64,000 nt of DNA from the NCBI GenBank assembly GCA_965116875.1, contig OZ220733.1, positions 2,368,001 through 2,432,000 on the forward strand. The letters run 5' to 3'. The first letter of the stretch is position 1. Every line of letters begins with the position of its first letter. Below are positions 1-9,655 of this stretch, piece by piece. The stretch comes from Candidatus Latescibacterota bacterium (lineage in GTDB: Bacteria; Latescibacterota; UBA2968; GCA-2709665). Both the position numbers and the translations under genes were made by a program. Below the pieces are notes generated by a model, which saw only the letters and a program-made list of their open reading frames with translations, did not search any database and was not told the origin of the DNA.

Positions 1-78
1 TTCGACCTGGATGGCAACGGCGCGATTGGGTTCAGCGATTTCCTGATTTTCGCAAGCAGCTTTGGCCGGGGTGTATAA
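1..78 (+). CDS. 3' end of a protein ending in a dockerin-like EF-hand module (partial)
   Basis: Frame 1 reads FDLDGNGAIGFSDFLIFASSFGRGV*, the same motif as in four other proteins of the window. Confidence 0.8.
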   Translation, partial: FDLDGNGAIGFSDFLIFASSFGRGV

Positions 79-193
79 TTGCCGCACATCGCACCAAAAA
101 AGGTGGGAGCCGTCTCCCGGCGTTGTCCTGCCGCTCCCCGCTCCCCGTTCGCCGCAGGCCTGTGCGAAAACTGCCCATACGGAGGTATTCGAG

Positions 194-370
194 ATGTCCG
201 ATAACCCTCAATACCGCGGCGCAAACAGCCGGCGCAAACAGCGGCGATGCCTGGCATGCGGCGAGATGTTCAGCAGCGCAGGGCCGGAAAATCGCATCTG
301 CCAGCGTCACAGGGGGGACCGCAAGCGCACAAAGTATGAAGACTGGGCCGAGGCGTCCGCCAACGAATGA
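194..370 (+). CDS. Small putative zinc-ribbon protein (58 aa)
   Basis: GGAGG RBS at 181-185, ATG 194; RRCLACGEMFSSAGPENRICQRH gives CxxC...CxxH. Confidence 0.6.
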   Translation: MSDNPQYRGANSRRKQRRCLACGEMFSSAGPENRICQRHRGDRKRTKYEDWAEASANE

Positions 371-507
371 TACACTCTCGCAAGGCACGTAAGGCCAATG
401 CAAGCGACACCGGCAGCACATGGGTTGAATTCAGCAGGGCCGGGGGTGAGTGGATCAGTGGGCTTGCATATCGCCGCGACCGCTGCCGGGATATCACGTG
501 CATGTTG

Positions 508-1122
508 TCAGTCCAGAATTCGCATCGCTTCGAGATCGTGCCTGAGTCTGCGGCTATTGTGGAACCGGATACTCCTGATGCCAACCGATTCCGCGGTCTG
601 TACATTCCGGATTCGATCGTCGACGAACAGACACTCGTCGGGTTCCACGCCCAGCGCATCGAGAACCGTCTCAAAGGCCGCCGGTTCTTCTTTCATCCTG
701 CCCAACTCGAAAGAGTAGAACCGCTCGTCGAATAACCTGAGAAACGGATGGACCGAATTGATGTAGTGAATCCACTCGCGGACGTGGTCCGAGTGCAAGA
801 CAACCCGATATGTATTCGCCAATCGGCGGAGAACGGACAGCGATCCCTGCACCATGCGGTGGAAGTTGCGGCGGATGATTCGCTTGAGCGACCTGGCGTT
901 GAGATTCCACCCTGTTCTTTCCAGGACCGAAGCCAGATAGGCGTCCTCGGAAATGCGCCCTTTCATCAGTTGAAACAATGCATCCTTGCGAAAGGACTCC
1001 AGGATGCCCTCCTCCGGAATGCACAGCCTCTTTGATACGCGTTTTTCCAGACCCTGCAGGCCGGCGATGAATACCTCTCCCAGGTCGAAAATGATGCAGG
1101 CGGGCGGGTTCGCGTCAGCCAT
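508..1122 (-). CDS. HAD-family phosphatase (YihX-like)
   Basis: IIFDLGEV motif I, K in ELGRMKEE, CLFVDDRIRNV motif IV; paralog at 59124-59738. Confidence 0.85.
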   Translation of the reverse strand: MADANPPACIIFDLGEVFIAGLQGLEKRVSKRLCIPEEGILESFRKDALFQLMKGRISEDAYLASVLERTGWNLNARSLKRIIRRNFHRMVQGSLSVLRRLANTYRVVLHSDHVREWIHYINSVHPFLRLFDERFYSFELGRMKEEPAAFETVLDALGVEPDECLFVDDRIRNVQTAESVGIRSIRFHNSRRLRHDLEAMRILD

Positions 1123-1469
1123 GAGAAAACTCCATGTCCTTGGAGGAATCGCAGAATGGTGAAGGAAGACACTCCGGATCGCCCTTGCGGCGAAGATCGG
1201 ATTGAAGCAGCGGACGGGTCCGGTTCGTTGCAAGCGGATCGACCATCAGGAGTAGGCAAATCTCGGACCCGGGCTGGTTCGTCCGTTTCCTTTAATCACT
1301 GGAACGCCGATCCCTGTCAGTCCGCTCGTCTACCTGCTGCTTTCGTCGATACGTCCTCTCGGGTTCGAGTGCCTGCGACCCGTTCATACCCGTTGAACGC
1401 CCGATCGCCGACTTTGTGCCCGACCATCGATTCGAGTTCACTCAAGACGCCGGTTAACAGGTATCGAAC

Positions 1470-2585
1470 ATGCGTGAAGAAAAGATAAGATTGCTCTGGA
1501 TCTTCGCCCTCGTGTTCCATGCAGGCGCGGGTCTTACGCCTGATGTATCGACCGCCGATGAGTTCTTGTCGTCCGACGTGAAAGCCAATTCGCAGGGAAC
1601 GCTATGCCGCGGTGATTTCGACAATAGCGGGACCGTGAATCTGACGGATTTTCTCGCGTTTGCCAGAGTGTTCGGCGCGCGCTCCGGAGACCCGAATTTC
1701 GATGGGCGGATGGATATGGACGGCAGCGGCGCGATCGACCTGGCGGATTTTCTCGCGTTTGCGCGCGTTTTCGGGACCACCTGTGAGCCGCTGCCGGCGC
1801 CGCCGTGCGACGTCACGCACCCGCCCGTGGACCCCACGCCGGTTTCTCCCGTCGAGGTCGCGTGCGAGGACTGGGCGGAATTCCACGTGGGTCCCAACGG
1901 CCGGGTGGGGGTCCCCTTCACCGGCGACCGCTGGTACAACAGCAACGTATGGAACAGAGCCGCCGCCGGCGGAGAGCCATACGAGCAGTGCATCCTGAGG
2001 CGCGTGGTGGACGGAAAGGACGAGTACGGGTGGCGGTGGCGGTGGCCGCTCGGGAACGGCGACGTGAAGGGCTACCCGGAGGTCATCTACGGGTTCAAGC
2101 CGTGGAACCTGCCCACGCGCTCGGCGCTTCCGAAGCAGATCTCAGACCTGCGCGAACTCCGGGTGGACTACGAAGCGTATCTTGCCGCGGAAGGCGCCTA
2201 CAACCTGGCCTTTTCGACGTGGGTGACGCGCGACAACCCGCCGACGCCCGAGGGGATCACGCACGAGATCATGGTCTGGATGGACCGAAGCTGCGGCTTC
2301 GAACCGTACCCGGATTCCCGGGTTGCCGAGGTCGAAATCGGAGGCGTCGCGTATACCCTGGTTATCGAAACCGCGCAGTCCACGTTCGGCCAGACCTACG
2401 TCGCCTTCGTGAGCCACGTGGACCAATTCAAGGGCTCGGTGGACTTCGCGGAATTCCTGGCTTACCTGGTCGAGAATGGCCGCGTCCCGGCCGATCATTT
2501 CGTCACCGATATCGAGTTGGGAAACGAGGCGATCTCCGGCACGGGAGAACTCTGGCTGAAGAAATTCGAGGTCGAGGTGCGGTGA
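1470..2585 (+). CDS. Secreted GH12-family glycoside hydrolase with N-terminal dockerin-like domain
   Basis: Signal peptide; GDFDNSGTVNLTDF..MDMDGSGAIDLADF; Pro-rich linker; SNVWN, VKGYPEVIYG, HEIMVW (nucleophile Glu), IELGNE (acid/base Glu). Confidence 0.8.
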   Translation: MREEKIRLLWIFALVFHAGAGLTPDVSTADEFLSSDVKANSQGTLCRGDFDNSGTVNLTDFLAFARVFGARSGDPNFDGRMDMDGSGAIDLADFLAFARVFGTTCEPLPAPPCDVTHPPVDPTPVSPVEVACEDWAEFHVGPNGRVGVPFTGDRWYNSNVWNRAAAGGEPYEQCILRRVVDGKDEYGWRWRWPLGNGDVKGYPEVIYGFKPWNLPTRSALPKQISDLRELRVDYEAYLAAEGAYNLAFSTWVTRDNPPTPEGITHEIMVWMDRSCGFEPYPDSRVAEVEIGGVAYTLVIETAQSTFGQTYVAFVSHVDQFKGSVDFAEFLAYLVENGRVPADHFVTDIELGNEAISGTGELWLKKFEVEVR

Positions 2586-2588
2586 CGC

Positions 2589-2873
2589 GTGGGGCAGTCC
2601 GCGCGGATGGATGCCCGCACCGAAAAGCGATCACTCCCCCCATGAGGGGGAGTCGCAGAAGCCGAGCCGGTCCCTTTGCCTTGTCCTGAGCCTGCTTGCA
2701 TTGAGCGTGTCGAAATGTCGAAGGCGCTGCCCTGAGCTTTGTCGAAGGGGTCGGCGACGGCTGATGCGGTGGGGGGATGGCAATAACTGTCACACTCTAC
2801 ATGACGCACATACGCCCGAACTTTCATGCCGGGGACGTCGGTGTGAGGGTGGGGCGGACATTCCTGTCTGCCC
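2589..2873. repeat. Cluster of REP-like palindromic elements between the two GH12 genes
   Basis: Hairpin ACTCCCCC-CATGA-GGGGGAGT 2633-2653; CCTGAGC..GTCGAAGG units 2683-2750; GTGGGGCGGACATTCCTGTCTGCCC 2849-2873. Confidence 0.6.
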
Positions 2874-2940
2874 GCCTCGCTGTCCTTCTGTCGGGAAAGT
2901 GACAGCGGATTTGGCCTTAACCGCCGCAAGAGAGCGAGCT

Positions 2941-3927
2941 ATGTATTGGAGAATCTCAGCCAGCGTCCTGTTCGTCGGGTTGTTGGGTTCATCGGCTATT
3001 GTCGACGCGAAGCCCGTCCCGAGTCCCGATTTCGATGGTGATGGGACTGTCGGATTCAGCGATTTTGTTCAGTTTGCGGGCGTGTTCGGTTCGACACCCG
3101 ACGATCCTATGTACCAGGCGAAGTACGATCTCGACCGCGATGGGACGATAGGATTCCCGGATTTCGTGATCTTCGCACGTGACTTCGGCAAATCGCTCGA
3201 TGCGCACGCGAGACCCGTCATCGAGGCCTTCTGCGATGAGGAGGATCTGATAAAGACACCCGGGTTCGTTTACACAAACAACATGTGGGGCAGGGGAGAC
3301 ATCACCGACTACGAACAGTGCCTGCTCAGGTGCATCGCCGGCGCCGATACGACCTATGGTTGGCGGTGGCGGTGGCCCTTGGGAAGTGGCAGCGTCAAGG
3401 CGTATCCCGAAGTCATATTCGGCCATAAGCCGTTGGGACATCCGCCCATATCGCAAACCGCACCGGGCCTCCCGAAGCGCATATCGGACCTGGACCGCCT
3501 GCAGGTCAGCTATGAAGTAGAGATGACCGCCAGGGGCCTTTACAACCTGGCCTTTGAAATGTGGGTTACCAGTGCCAATCCGCCAACAACTGGAAAAATC
3601 ACACACGAAGTGATGATTTGGGTGGACCATACGATCTGGCCTGCGATGCCGGAGTTCATCGTGGACGAGGTTGAGATCGACGGCGCAGTCTATGACGTGT
3701 ATATCGATCCGAGGAGCGAGTCGGAGGGCGACAGCAAGTACATCGCGTTTTCAAGCCGCAAGAGGGCGCTGAGCGGCAAGCTCAATTTTGAGAAATTCCT
3801 CGACTATCTGATTGCTCACCACTCTCTTCCCGATGATCAATATGTGACCTCCGTCGAACTCGGCAACGAAGTCATAGAAGGCACGGGGGAGACGTGGCTT
3901 ACACACTACGAGATCACCGTTGACTGA
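2941..3927 (+). CDS. Secreted GH12-family glycoside hydrolase with N-terminal dockerin-like domain (tandem paralog)
   Basis: Signal peptide MYWRISASVLFVGLLGSSAIVDA; PDFDGDGTVGFSDF..YDLDRDGTIGFPDF; NNMWG, VKAYPEVIFG, YNLAFEMW, HEVMIW, VELGNE. Confidence 0.82.
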   Translation: MYWRISASVLFVGLLGSSAIVDAKPVPSPDFDGDGTVGFSDFVQFAGVFGSTPDDPMYQAKYDLDRDGTIGFPDFVIFARDFGKSLDAHARPVIEAFCDEEDLIKTPGFVYTNNMWGRGDITDYEQCLLRCIAGADTTYGWRWRWPLGSGSVKAYPEVIFGHKPLGHPPISQTAPGLPKRISDLDRLQVSYEVEMTARGLYNLAFEMWVTSANPPTTGKITHEVMIWVDHTIWPAMPEFIVDEVEIDGAVYDVYIDPRSESEGDSKYIAFSSRKRALSGKLNFEKFLDYLIAHHSLPDDQYVTSVELGNEVIEGTGETWLTHYEITVD

Positions 3928-4076
3928 TTCGAACTCGTCAAGTTGCTGTGAAGGTCGATTGCCGTAGCGAGAGAATTCCCATTGGCTGGAAGTACTGACA
4001 CTCGGATGAAGAACTGCATCGGCTGAATATATACACGTAAATCGTCCATCTTGGACCGTTATGGAGGAAAGAGCAC

Positions 4077-4503
4077 ATGTTACAAAATGGGTCGTTTCGG
4101 GTCGTTGGATTGCGCAGGATGATCACGGGCGGGTTGCTCGTGATGTTTTGCTGCACGGTTGGCGCCGCCGATCGATCGCACAGGGACGTCGCGCAGGTTA
4201 GACAGGAACGAGAGGATCAGGGCGGAGCTCAGGCGAGTCCTGAGAATCGCTCGCTTTGGGGCGCGCTGGCCATAGACGCCAACCAGGGGCAGAAATGGGG
4301 CTGGGCGATCGACTTTGCGACGGTACGAGAGGCGGAACAACGCGCGCTTGCGGAGTGCGGCGGACCAGGAAAAGGGCAGCACGATCTACGGCTGGGCGAA
4401 GGACAGTACGAGCGCGGCAGCGAAGAACAGAGCGGTGAACGAATGCCGCAATCGAGGTGGGAAATCCTGCATTGTGCGCGTATGGGGCTGCACGCGGCGA
4501 TGA
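4077..4503 (+). pseudogene. Frameshifted DUF4189-like secreted protein
   Basis: Frame of 4077 gives WGALAIDANQGQKWGWAID..AEQRALAECG; another frame continues AADQEKGSTIYGWAKD..AKNRAVNECRNRGGKSCIVRVWGCT; junction ~4357-4362. Confidence 0.6.
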
Positions 4504-4677
4504 GAGAATAACGGGCGATATGGACACCGGCTGCGATAGGATATCGAAATTCACAAGATTCGCCCGACTGCAACGAAGCCTCTTCGATGACAATGAAGGC
4601 AGGCATGATCCCGTGTACCAACGACATCCGAATTGGTGTTCTGGAATCTCAAGACACCGCAGTGACAGGGGGAATAA

Positions 4678-5211
4678 ATGAAGCGGAAACACGTAGAGAG
4701 ATGGGGTAGTCCTGTTGAAAAGCCGATCCCCGACCGTATCAAGAACAGACTCCGTAAAATTGTGAAAGCGATACTTCGACCGACCCGTTTTGTGGCGGTA
4801 ATCCTGGCTGTGACGTTGGCGTGGTTGCCGCTTCGGGTGAACGCGACCCGCACCGCCTCAGACCCGGTCATCGTTGCCGAAGACTCTCTCACGGTGGCAG
4901 GACGCGCTACCCTGAAGCTGGAAACGTTACTGGCTGAACCGGACTCTTGGATGGAATCCCTGGCGTTTGACGCAGACAGGCGCGTTGCCGCCGTCCCGAA
5001 TGACGACGTGTTCGGAGATTTGATGCAGCCGACGTTGATGAGCCGGTACATGCATCTCGCGCAACAGGATACCATCGTACTTGACCCGGAGACGCAAGAG
5101 GCAATGGAAGAACTCGCTGGTGCGATTCCCTACGAAATCCTCGTGATTGCAGGGATTATGGTCGTTACCTATCTGATCGCAAAGTCTTTAGGCTGGTGGG
5201 ATACGGAATAG
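4678..5211 (+). CDS. Hypothetical membrane/secreted protein (true start may be ~4762)
   Basis: 177-aa ORF with an N-proximal hydrophobic segment and a C-terminal TM helix. Confidence 0.5.
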   Translation: MKRKHVERWGSPVEKPIPDRIKNRLRKIVKAILRPTRFVAVILAVTLAWLPLRVNATRTASDPVIVAEDSLTVAGRATLKLETLLAEPDSWMESLAFDADRRVAAVPNDDVFGDLMQPTLMSRYMHLAQQDTIVLDPETQEAMEELAGAIPYEILVIAGIMVVTYLIAKSLGWWDTE

Positions 5212-5535
5212 AAATAGCGGACACGGAGACCCGTCAATGAAGGTACCGGTCCATATTGGCGACGATCGATCGAAAAATCTGTCGATGAGCTGTAAGTCAG
5301 TAATGTCATGCGTGAAAAATTGGAGTTTACCCGGATTGTAGAAGGTCCAAATCTCCGGTGTAGATCACAATAAGAGCTGGTACCTTATACACGGCCGTAA
5401 TCAAACCCGGCCCGACGTCCGTTTTGTTCCACTCGCCGAATCGTCAAGTCCGTCTAATTGAACAGTTGACATTGTGTAATTCATCGCTTGTAATACTGCG
5501 CTTACCGCCTTCACATTCTACTCTGGAGGACGCTG

Positions 5536-6129
5536 ATGGTTCGCAAAATCTCCGTTTTAGCTGCCGTTATTCCGTTGCTGTTGGTGACCGGCTGCATGGT
5601 GCATTATCCCACCGAGATGTATCCGTTCGAAATCTTCGAAGTGTTTATGAACAAACAACGCGTGCACCCGAAAGGCACAATCTACAAGCGTTATTCGGAC
5701 GGGAAGCACATTATGCACTTCGACCGTATTGGCAGGACCAACGCAATTTACGGATGGATTGTCTGCCATGAATGTACCTGGAAACGCAAGCGAGTTGCAG
5801 CCATTTACGATGGCAGCCAACTTTACGTAGTCTATGGCGCGCATGAGAATTTGTTCAATATCGAAATATTACCATTCGAGCCCCTTAACAAGGACGGCAA
5901 CTGGAAGACCAATTGGTTTTGGAACGTCATCAACATCTACAAGATAGAGGGGCAATCTCTGATGCACCACTCGCAGTACCGGAAATGCATATGGGGCGAC
6001 GCGCCTACTGTCAGAGAGTGGACCAACGCGCCACTAGCCAAGGGCGGCGACAAACTGGATTGCAAGAAGCAGCAACCAGGACGCTACGAAAAATTCTTCA
6101 TTGCTGTCGATGACGCTACGCTCCAGTAG
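5536..6129 (+). CDS. Hypothetical lipoprotein
   Basis: GGAGG RBS, ATG 5536, lipobox LLLVTG-C, 197 aa. Confidence 0.65.
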   Translation: MVRKISVLAAVIPLLLVTGCMVHYPTEMYPFEIFEVFMNKQRVHPKGTIYKRYSDGKHIMHFDRIGRTNAIYGWIVCHECTWKRKRVAAIYDGSQLYVVYGAHENLFNIEILPFEPLNKDGNWKTNWFWNVINIYKIEGQSLMHHSQYRKCIWGDAPTVREWTNAPLAKGGDKLDCKKQQPGRYEKFFIAVDDATLQ

Positions 6130-6209
6130 GATCAGGGAGCGTAGCGACGCGAAATCGTGGAACATCTATAGACAGGACCGACACGCACGTCCCAGAATTC
6201 GATTTAGAC

Positions 6210-6538
6210 AGCCCAATTGCGATGGATACGGCGGCCGGTGGGACGATGATATTACGACGCCAATAGGGTCGTTCCCCGCCAATCCTTGGGGGCTGCATTA
6301 CATGCGTGGAAACGTCGAGGAGTGGGTAAAGGACTGTGTGCCTGAATTCAATGATGGTAACGACTATGAGGGAGCACCGTCGGATGGTTCGGCTTGGGAC
6401 GCCGGTGGCCATTGCGTGTACGTGTTGCGCGACGTGTTCGCCCCTCTGAACACTTATCATGCCCCCGCTCCGCGCCACGTGACACGTATAATCCCTCGCG
6501 GGGGTTTAGCGGCAGTGTTCGAGTCGCTCGGACGGTAA
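6210..6538 (+). pseudogene. C-terminal remnant of an FGE-sulfatase (SUMF1/EgtB-like) domain gene
   Basis: [39 protein letters not shown]; terminal VRVART (consensus FRVART) in another frame; no N-terminal part. Confidence 0.7.
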
Positions 6539-7087
6539 GCCCTTGAATTGGGAAAAGAAGCCAATTGCATTCAGCGGTCAGCCCTCGGCTTGAGGCAATA
6601 ACCAATGCTAAGGGAAAATCCATTCAGCCCACATATGATGGGAAATCGGGAAACATCGATTAACAGGATGAGTCCCAAAAGCCGACATATTGCACAATTC
6701 GCAAGGAAGACATCATGTACCGCGCCCGATTGCTGCCTCGACCGAGGTACGCGAGTCCTCGTACGCATGGCTTGATCGCGCAATAGCAGCCCGGGAGCGA
6801 CGACTCCTGCGAACAGGCCGTTGCCCTCGTGGACCGTGGTCGCATTTGCGAAATTAGTCGGCGAGAATAGCCGGATGGAGAGAAACCGTACGTGGTATAG
6901 TCGGGAATTCCTTCGTTGTTCTGGGTAGCTTGGATACTGCCTGTCTACTTTCGGAGAGGGCTGCGGCAGAGTTGCCGTCAAAGGTTTTGACGGAGAAATG
7001 CCTGATGGATGCAAGCGGAGGAGGTGGAAGACACCCTGCACTACGTTCAGAGACCGCAACATCACCAATTGACAGGAGGAGATCGAA

Positions 7088-7723
7088 ATGAAATCTGAAT
7101 ACACGTGGGCAATCATAGCCTTGATAATTGGCTCGGGTTTAACGCTTATCGTCGACAGGTGGGTCATCAAGGAGCAGATCCACCGAGAGCAGGTGGTGAG
7201 GGCGTACGATGACTTTGTCTCCGCAGTTGCTGGCATTGCCTATGGGGAGTCATCCTCAGGCGAAGAGCGAAAATTGCTCAGTAAGGCGAAGACAGCTATT
7301 GCCGACATCGCAATCTACGGCAACAAGGATGTCATCGAAGCCCTTGTAGAAAATGTCCTCAAAGGTGGGGCAATAATGGGCTACCCCGATGACTTCGTGC
7401 CTGTGATCCGAGCCATGAGAGAGCATGTCGGGTTCGATCCAGTGTCGGTCCACCACCTGCAAAGTTTACTTTTCAACGAGCTAAAGTTAGATGTGAAGTC
7501 GCTGCCAAATTGCCTCGAAGTGAGTGGCAAGGCCACGGTCACCCAAGTGGCGTTGCTCATGTCACGCTTGGACGGTAAGCGGTGGCAAGTCGGGGCTACG
7601 GTCTGGAGTGATAGCCTTGGGTGTTCCACGTCTACCCGGCCCATGCATGTTCCTCCAGAGCTCTCGGAGTGGATTATGGAAACCGCGCTCCGGCTCACGA
7701 ACCAAGAAGCCGGTGCTCCATAG
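7088..7723 (+). CDS. Hypothetical protein with N-terminal TM helix
   Basis: AGGAGGA RBS, ATG 7088, 211 aa, WAIIALIIGSGLTLIV. Confidence 0.65.
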   Translation: MKSEYTWAIIALIIGSGLTLIVDRWVIKEQIHREQVVRAYDDFVSAVAGIAYGESSSGEERKLLSKAKTAIADIAIYGNKDVIEALVENVLKGGAIMGYPDDFVPVIRAMREHVGFDPVSVHHLQSLLFNELKLDVKSLPNCLEVSGKATVTQVALLMSRLDGKRWQVGATVWSDSLGCSTSTRPMHVPPELSEWIMETALRLTNQEAGAP

Positions 7724-7937
7724 CCCGAGGAGTTTCAGGACTACTGTGAACTGGGTTATGAAATCGTCAGGGTGACAGACTTCAAAGTAGATCTAAACGC
7801 ACTGCTCGGTGGGTGCAGTTGATTGAAAAACCGGGCTTAGATTTGTTCGCAATACGAAGCAAGCGCAGCTCTATTTCATGTGGTCTTGAGTCAATCGACG
7901 GATAGATTCAGTCACGAAGAGAAGGGAGGAATCCCCT

Positions 7938-8555
7938 GTGAAAACCATTGAAATCACACTTACGGATTTTCGATTTCCGAGATGTCTGCCTGACGGAAAG
8001 GCCAACTTTCGATTCGTTGTCGACTTGCGGTACATAAATCACAAGGGTCAGTCCGTCACACAGCAGGCTGTATTGCCAAGCCCCGATACCTCGTTTTGGG
8101 AGTGTGACAAAGAGGAAAAGTGCGCGCCGAACTACGTTCGTGACGATGGGGATGAAGACGGTTACAGCCGATTTGACATGTGTGCCGTCAACGACTGGGA
8201 TAAGCTGATTTTCTACTTGAAGGCTGAGAGCGTCCACTCCATTCAGTTTAAGATTTTTGACGTGAATAGGGAAGATGCCTGGGACAAGATGCGGGATTTT
8301 GGGGCGGCAGTCACCGGAACGATCTTCGGCAAGATTACAGGCGCGTTTCCTGAATCGTTGGGGCGGGTCGCTGACGAAATACATTCCTTTCATCTGAAGA
8401 AGATTGTAGGGGGAGGAGACGATAAGGTCCTATTCAGAGGATCGACCAAACTCGATGTCAAAAACCAGAATGACAATTCAAAGTGCTGCTCTGTGAAAGG
8501 TACGGGGACGTGTGGAAGATACAAAATCGCGTTTAGTTTGAAGGTTGAACAATGA
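7938..8555 (+). CDS. Hypothetical protein
   Basis: GGGAGGA RBS then GTG; 205-aa ORF. Confidence 0.6.
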   Translation: MKTIEITLTDFRFPRCLPDGKANFRFVVDLRYINHKGQSVTQQAVLPSPDTSFWECDKEEKCAPNYVRDDGDEDGYSRFDMCAVNDWDKLIFYLKAESVHSIQFKIFDVNREDAWDKMRDFGAAVTGTIFGKITGAFPESLGRVADEIHSFHLKKIVGGGDDKVLFRGSTKLDVKNQNDNSKCCSVKGTGTCGRYKIAFSLKVEQ

Positions 8556-9053
8556 GCGAAACGCAATTGGTACGAATTCGAAAAAGTGAGCGCCAAAGAG
8601 CCCGTTTTCTGAGGAAAATTTTGGTACATCCGACGGTGCCGGATCGCCCGTGACTGGATTGGAGGATGGGAGTCTGGTTTCATCGAAAAGCGGTGTGGAG
8701 ACTGCTCGTTGTTGTGAGATCGTCTGAATCAAAATCGCCAAACTGCCTGAACCCGCGTACCATTAGAACGAACCATTGGATATATAAAGCCAATTCGTGT
8801 ACGGCCTATATGTGCATCGCAGGTGCTTTTCTGGTTGTGTGATTTTTTTATCCGAATTTCTCGGAATTCGTCCGAGGGATGATTCGCAATTGGCCCAAAT
8901 GACGGCAAAACCCAATTAACGCAGAAGTGCTATTTCAGAATGTCGGGATGTCAGCAAGAACAGGACAACGTAGGGAGATTCCGATTCGGATGAAAAAAAG
9001 TCAAGTCCAAGCGTGTGAAGACGAACATCGTTCAATTGTGATTGGAGGAATCT

Positions 9054-9389
9054 ATGTCACAGAGACAAGAAAGCACGTCGAAAGTTGCCGCGACAGCCGA
9101 GGGAGACCCCGGAAACAAGCCAGTTTCATTCGATAGCGAGAGTGAGGAAGGTCGCCGCGAGACAATGCGCAGCAAAGTTAGAATTCGTGTCACGTATGTG
9201 GCGACTCTTTTTCTGTTTCTCGGTGGCTATCTTTTGGTGACCTATCTAGCATTAACGGGCAGCAAACAGGAAGCCAAAGACCTTTTTCTTGCGATTTTGC
9301 CGATAAGTGCTGCCGTAATCTCCTTTTGGTTCGCCAAGAGGGACAGCCAGAAGACAACGCGCACCAACGATGGCGGCAACGAACGTTGA
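9054..9389 (+). CDS. Small two-TM membrane protein
   Basis: GGAGG RBS, ATG 9054; VTYVATLFLFLGGYLLVTYLAL and LFLAILPISAAVISFWF. Confidence 0.65.
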   Translation: MSQRQESTSKVAATAEGDPGNKPVSFDSESEEGRRETMRSKVRIRVTYVATLFLFLGGYLLVTYLALTGSKQEAKDLFLAILPISAAVISFWFAKRDSQKTTRTNDGGNER

Positions 9390-9655
9390 CTCGATTATTC
9401 TCGGCGGCGTTGACTTGGACTATCCGGAAGGACAAGACCCTTTTCGCGTTACCCCGGATAAACCACACAATTTGTACTGTTGTATTTGGGGTTGGCAGCG
9501 CCCATCAACATCGGAAATTGGATTCCGGAGTTGATCAAGAGACAGCTCGGTAGCTAACTTTGGTGCATTGGTTGGGCAATGCATGAATTCGCGCCTGGTG
9601 TGCGTTGTGGCTGCTACCGAATTGGATTGTGAAAACAACTGACAGGAGAGAGACC

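Noticed and set aside
2611-2940. N-terminal extension of the second GH12 ORF
   Set aside because: It runs through REP-like repeats; the signal peptide begins at ATG 2941
6101-6538. Diversity-generating retroelement target (FGE/CLec-like C-terminus)
   Set aside because: No reverse transcriptase or template repeat in the window; the gene is a fragment
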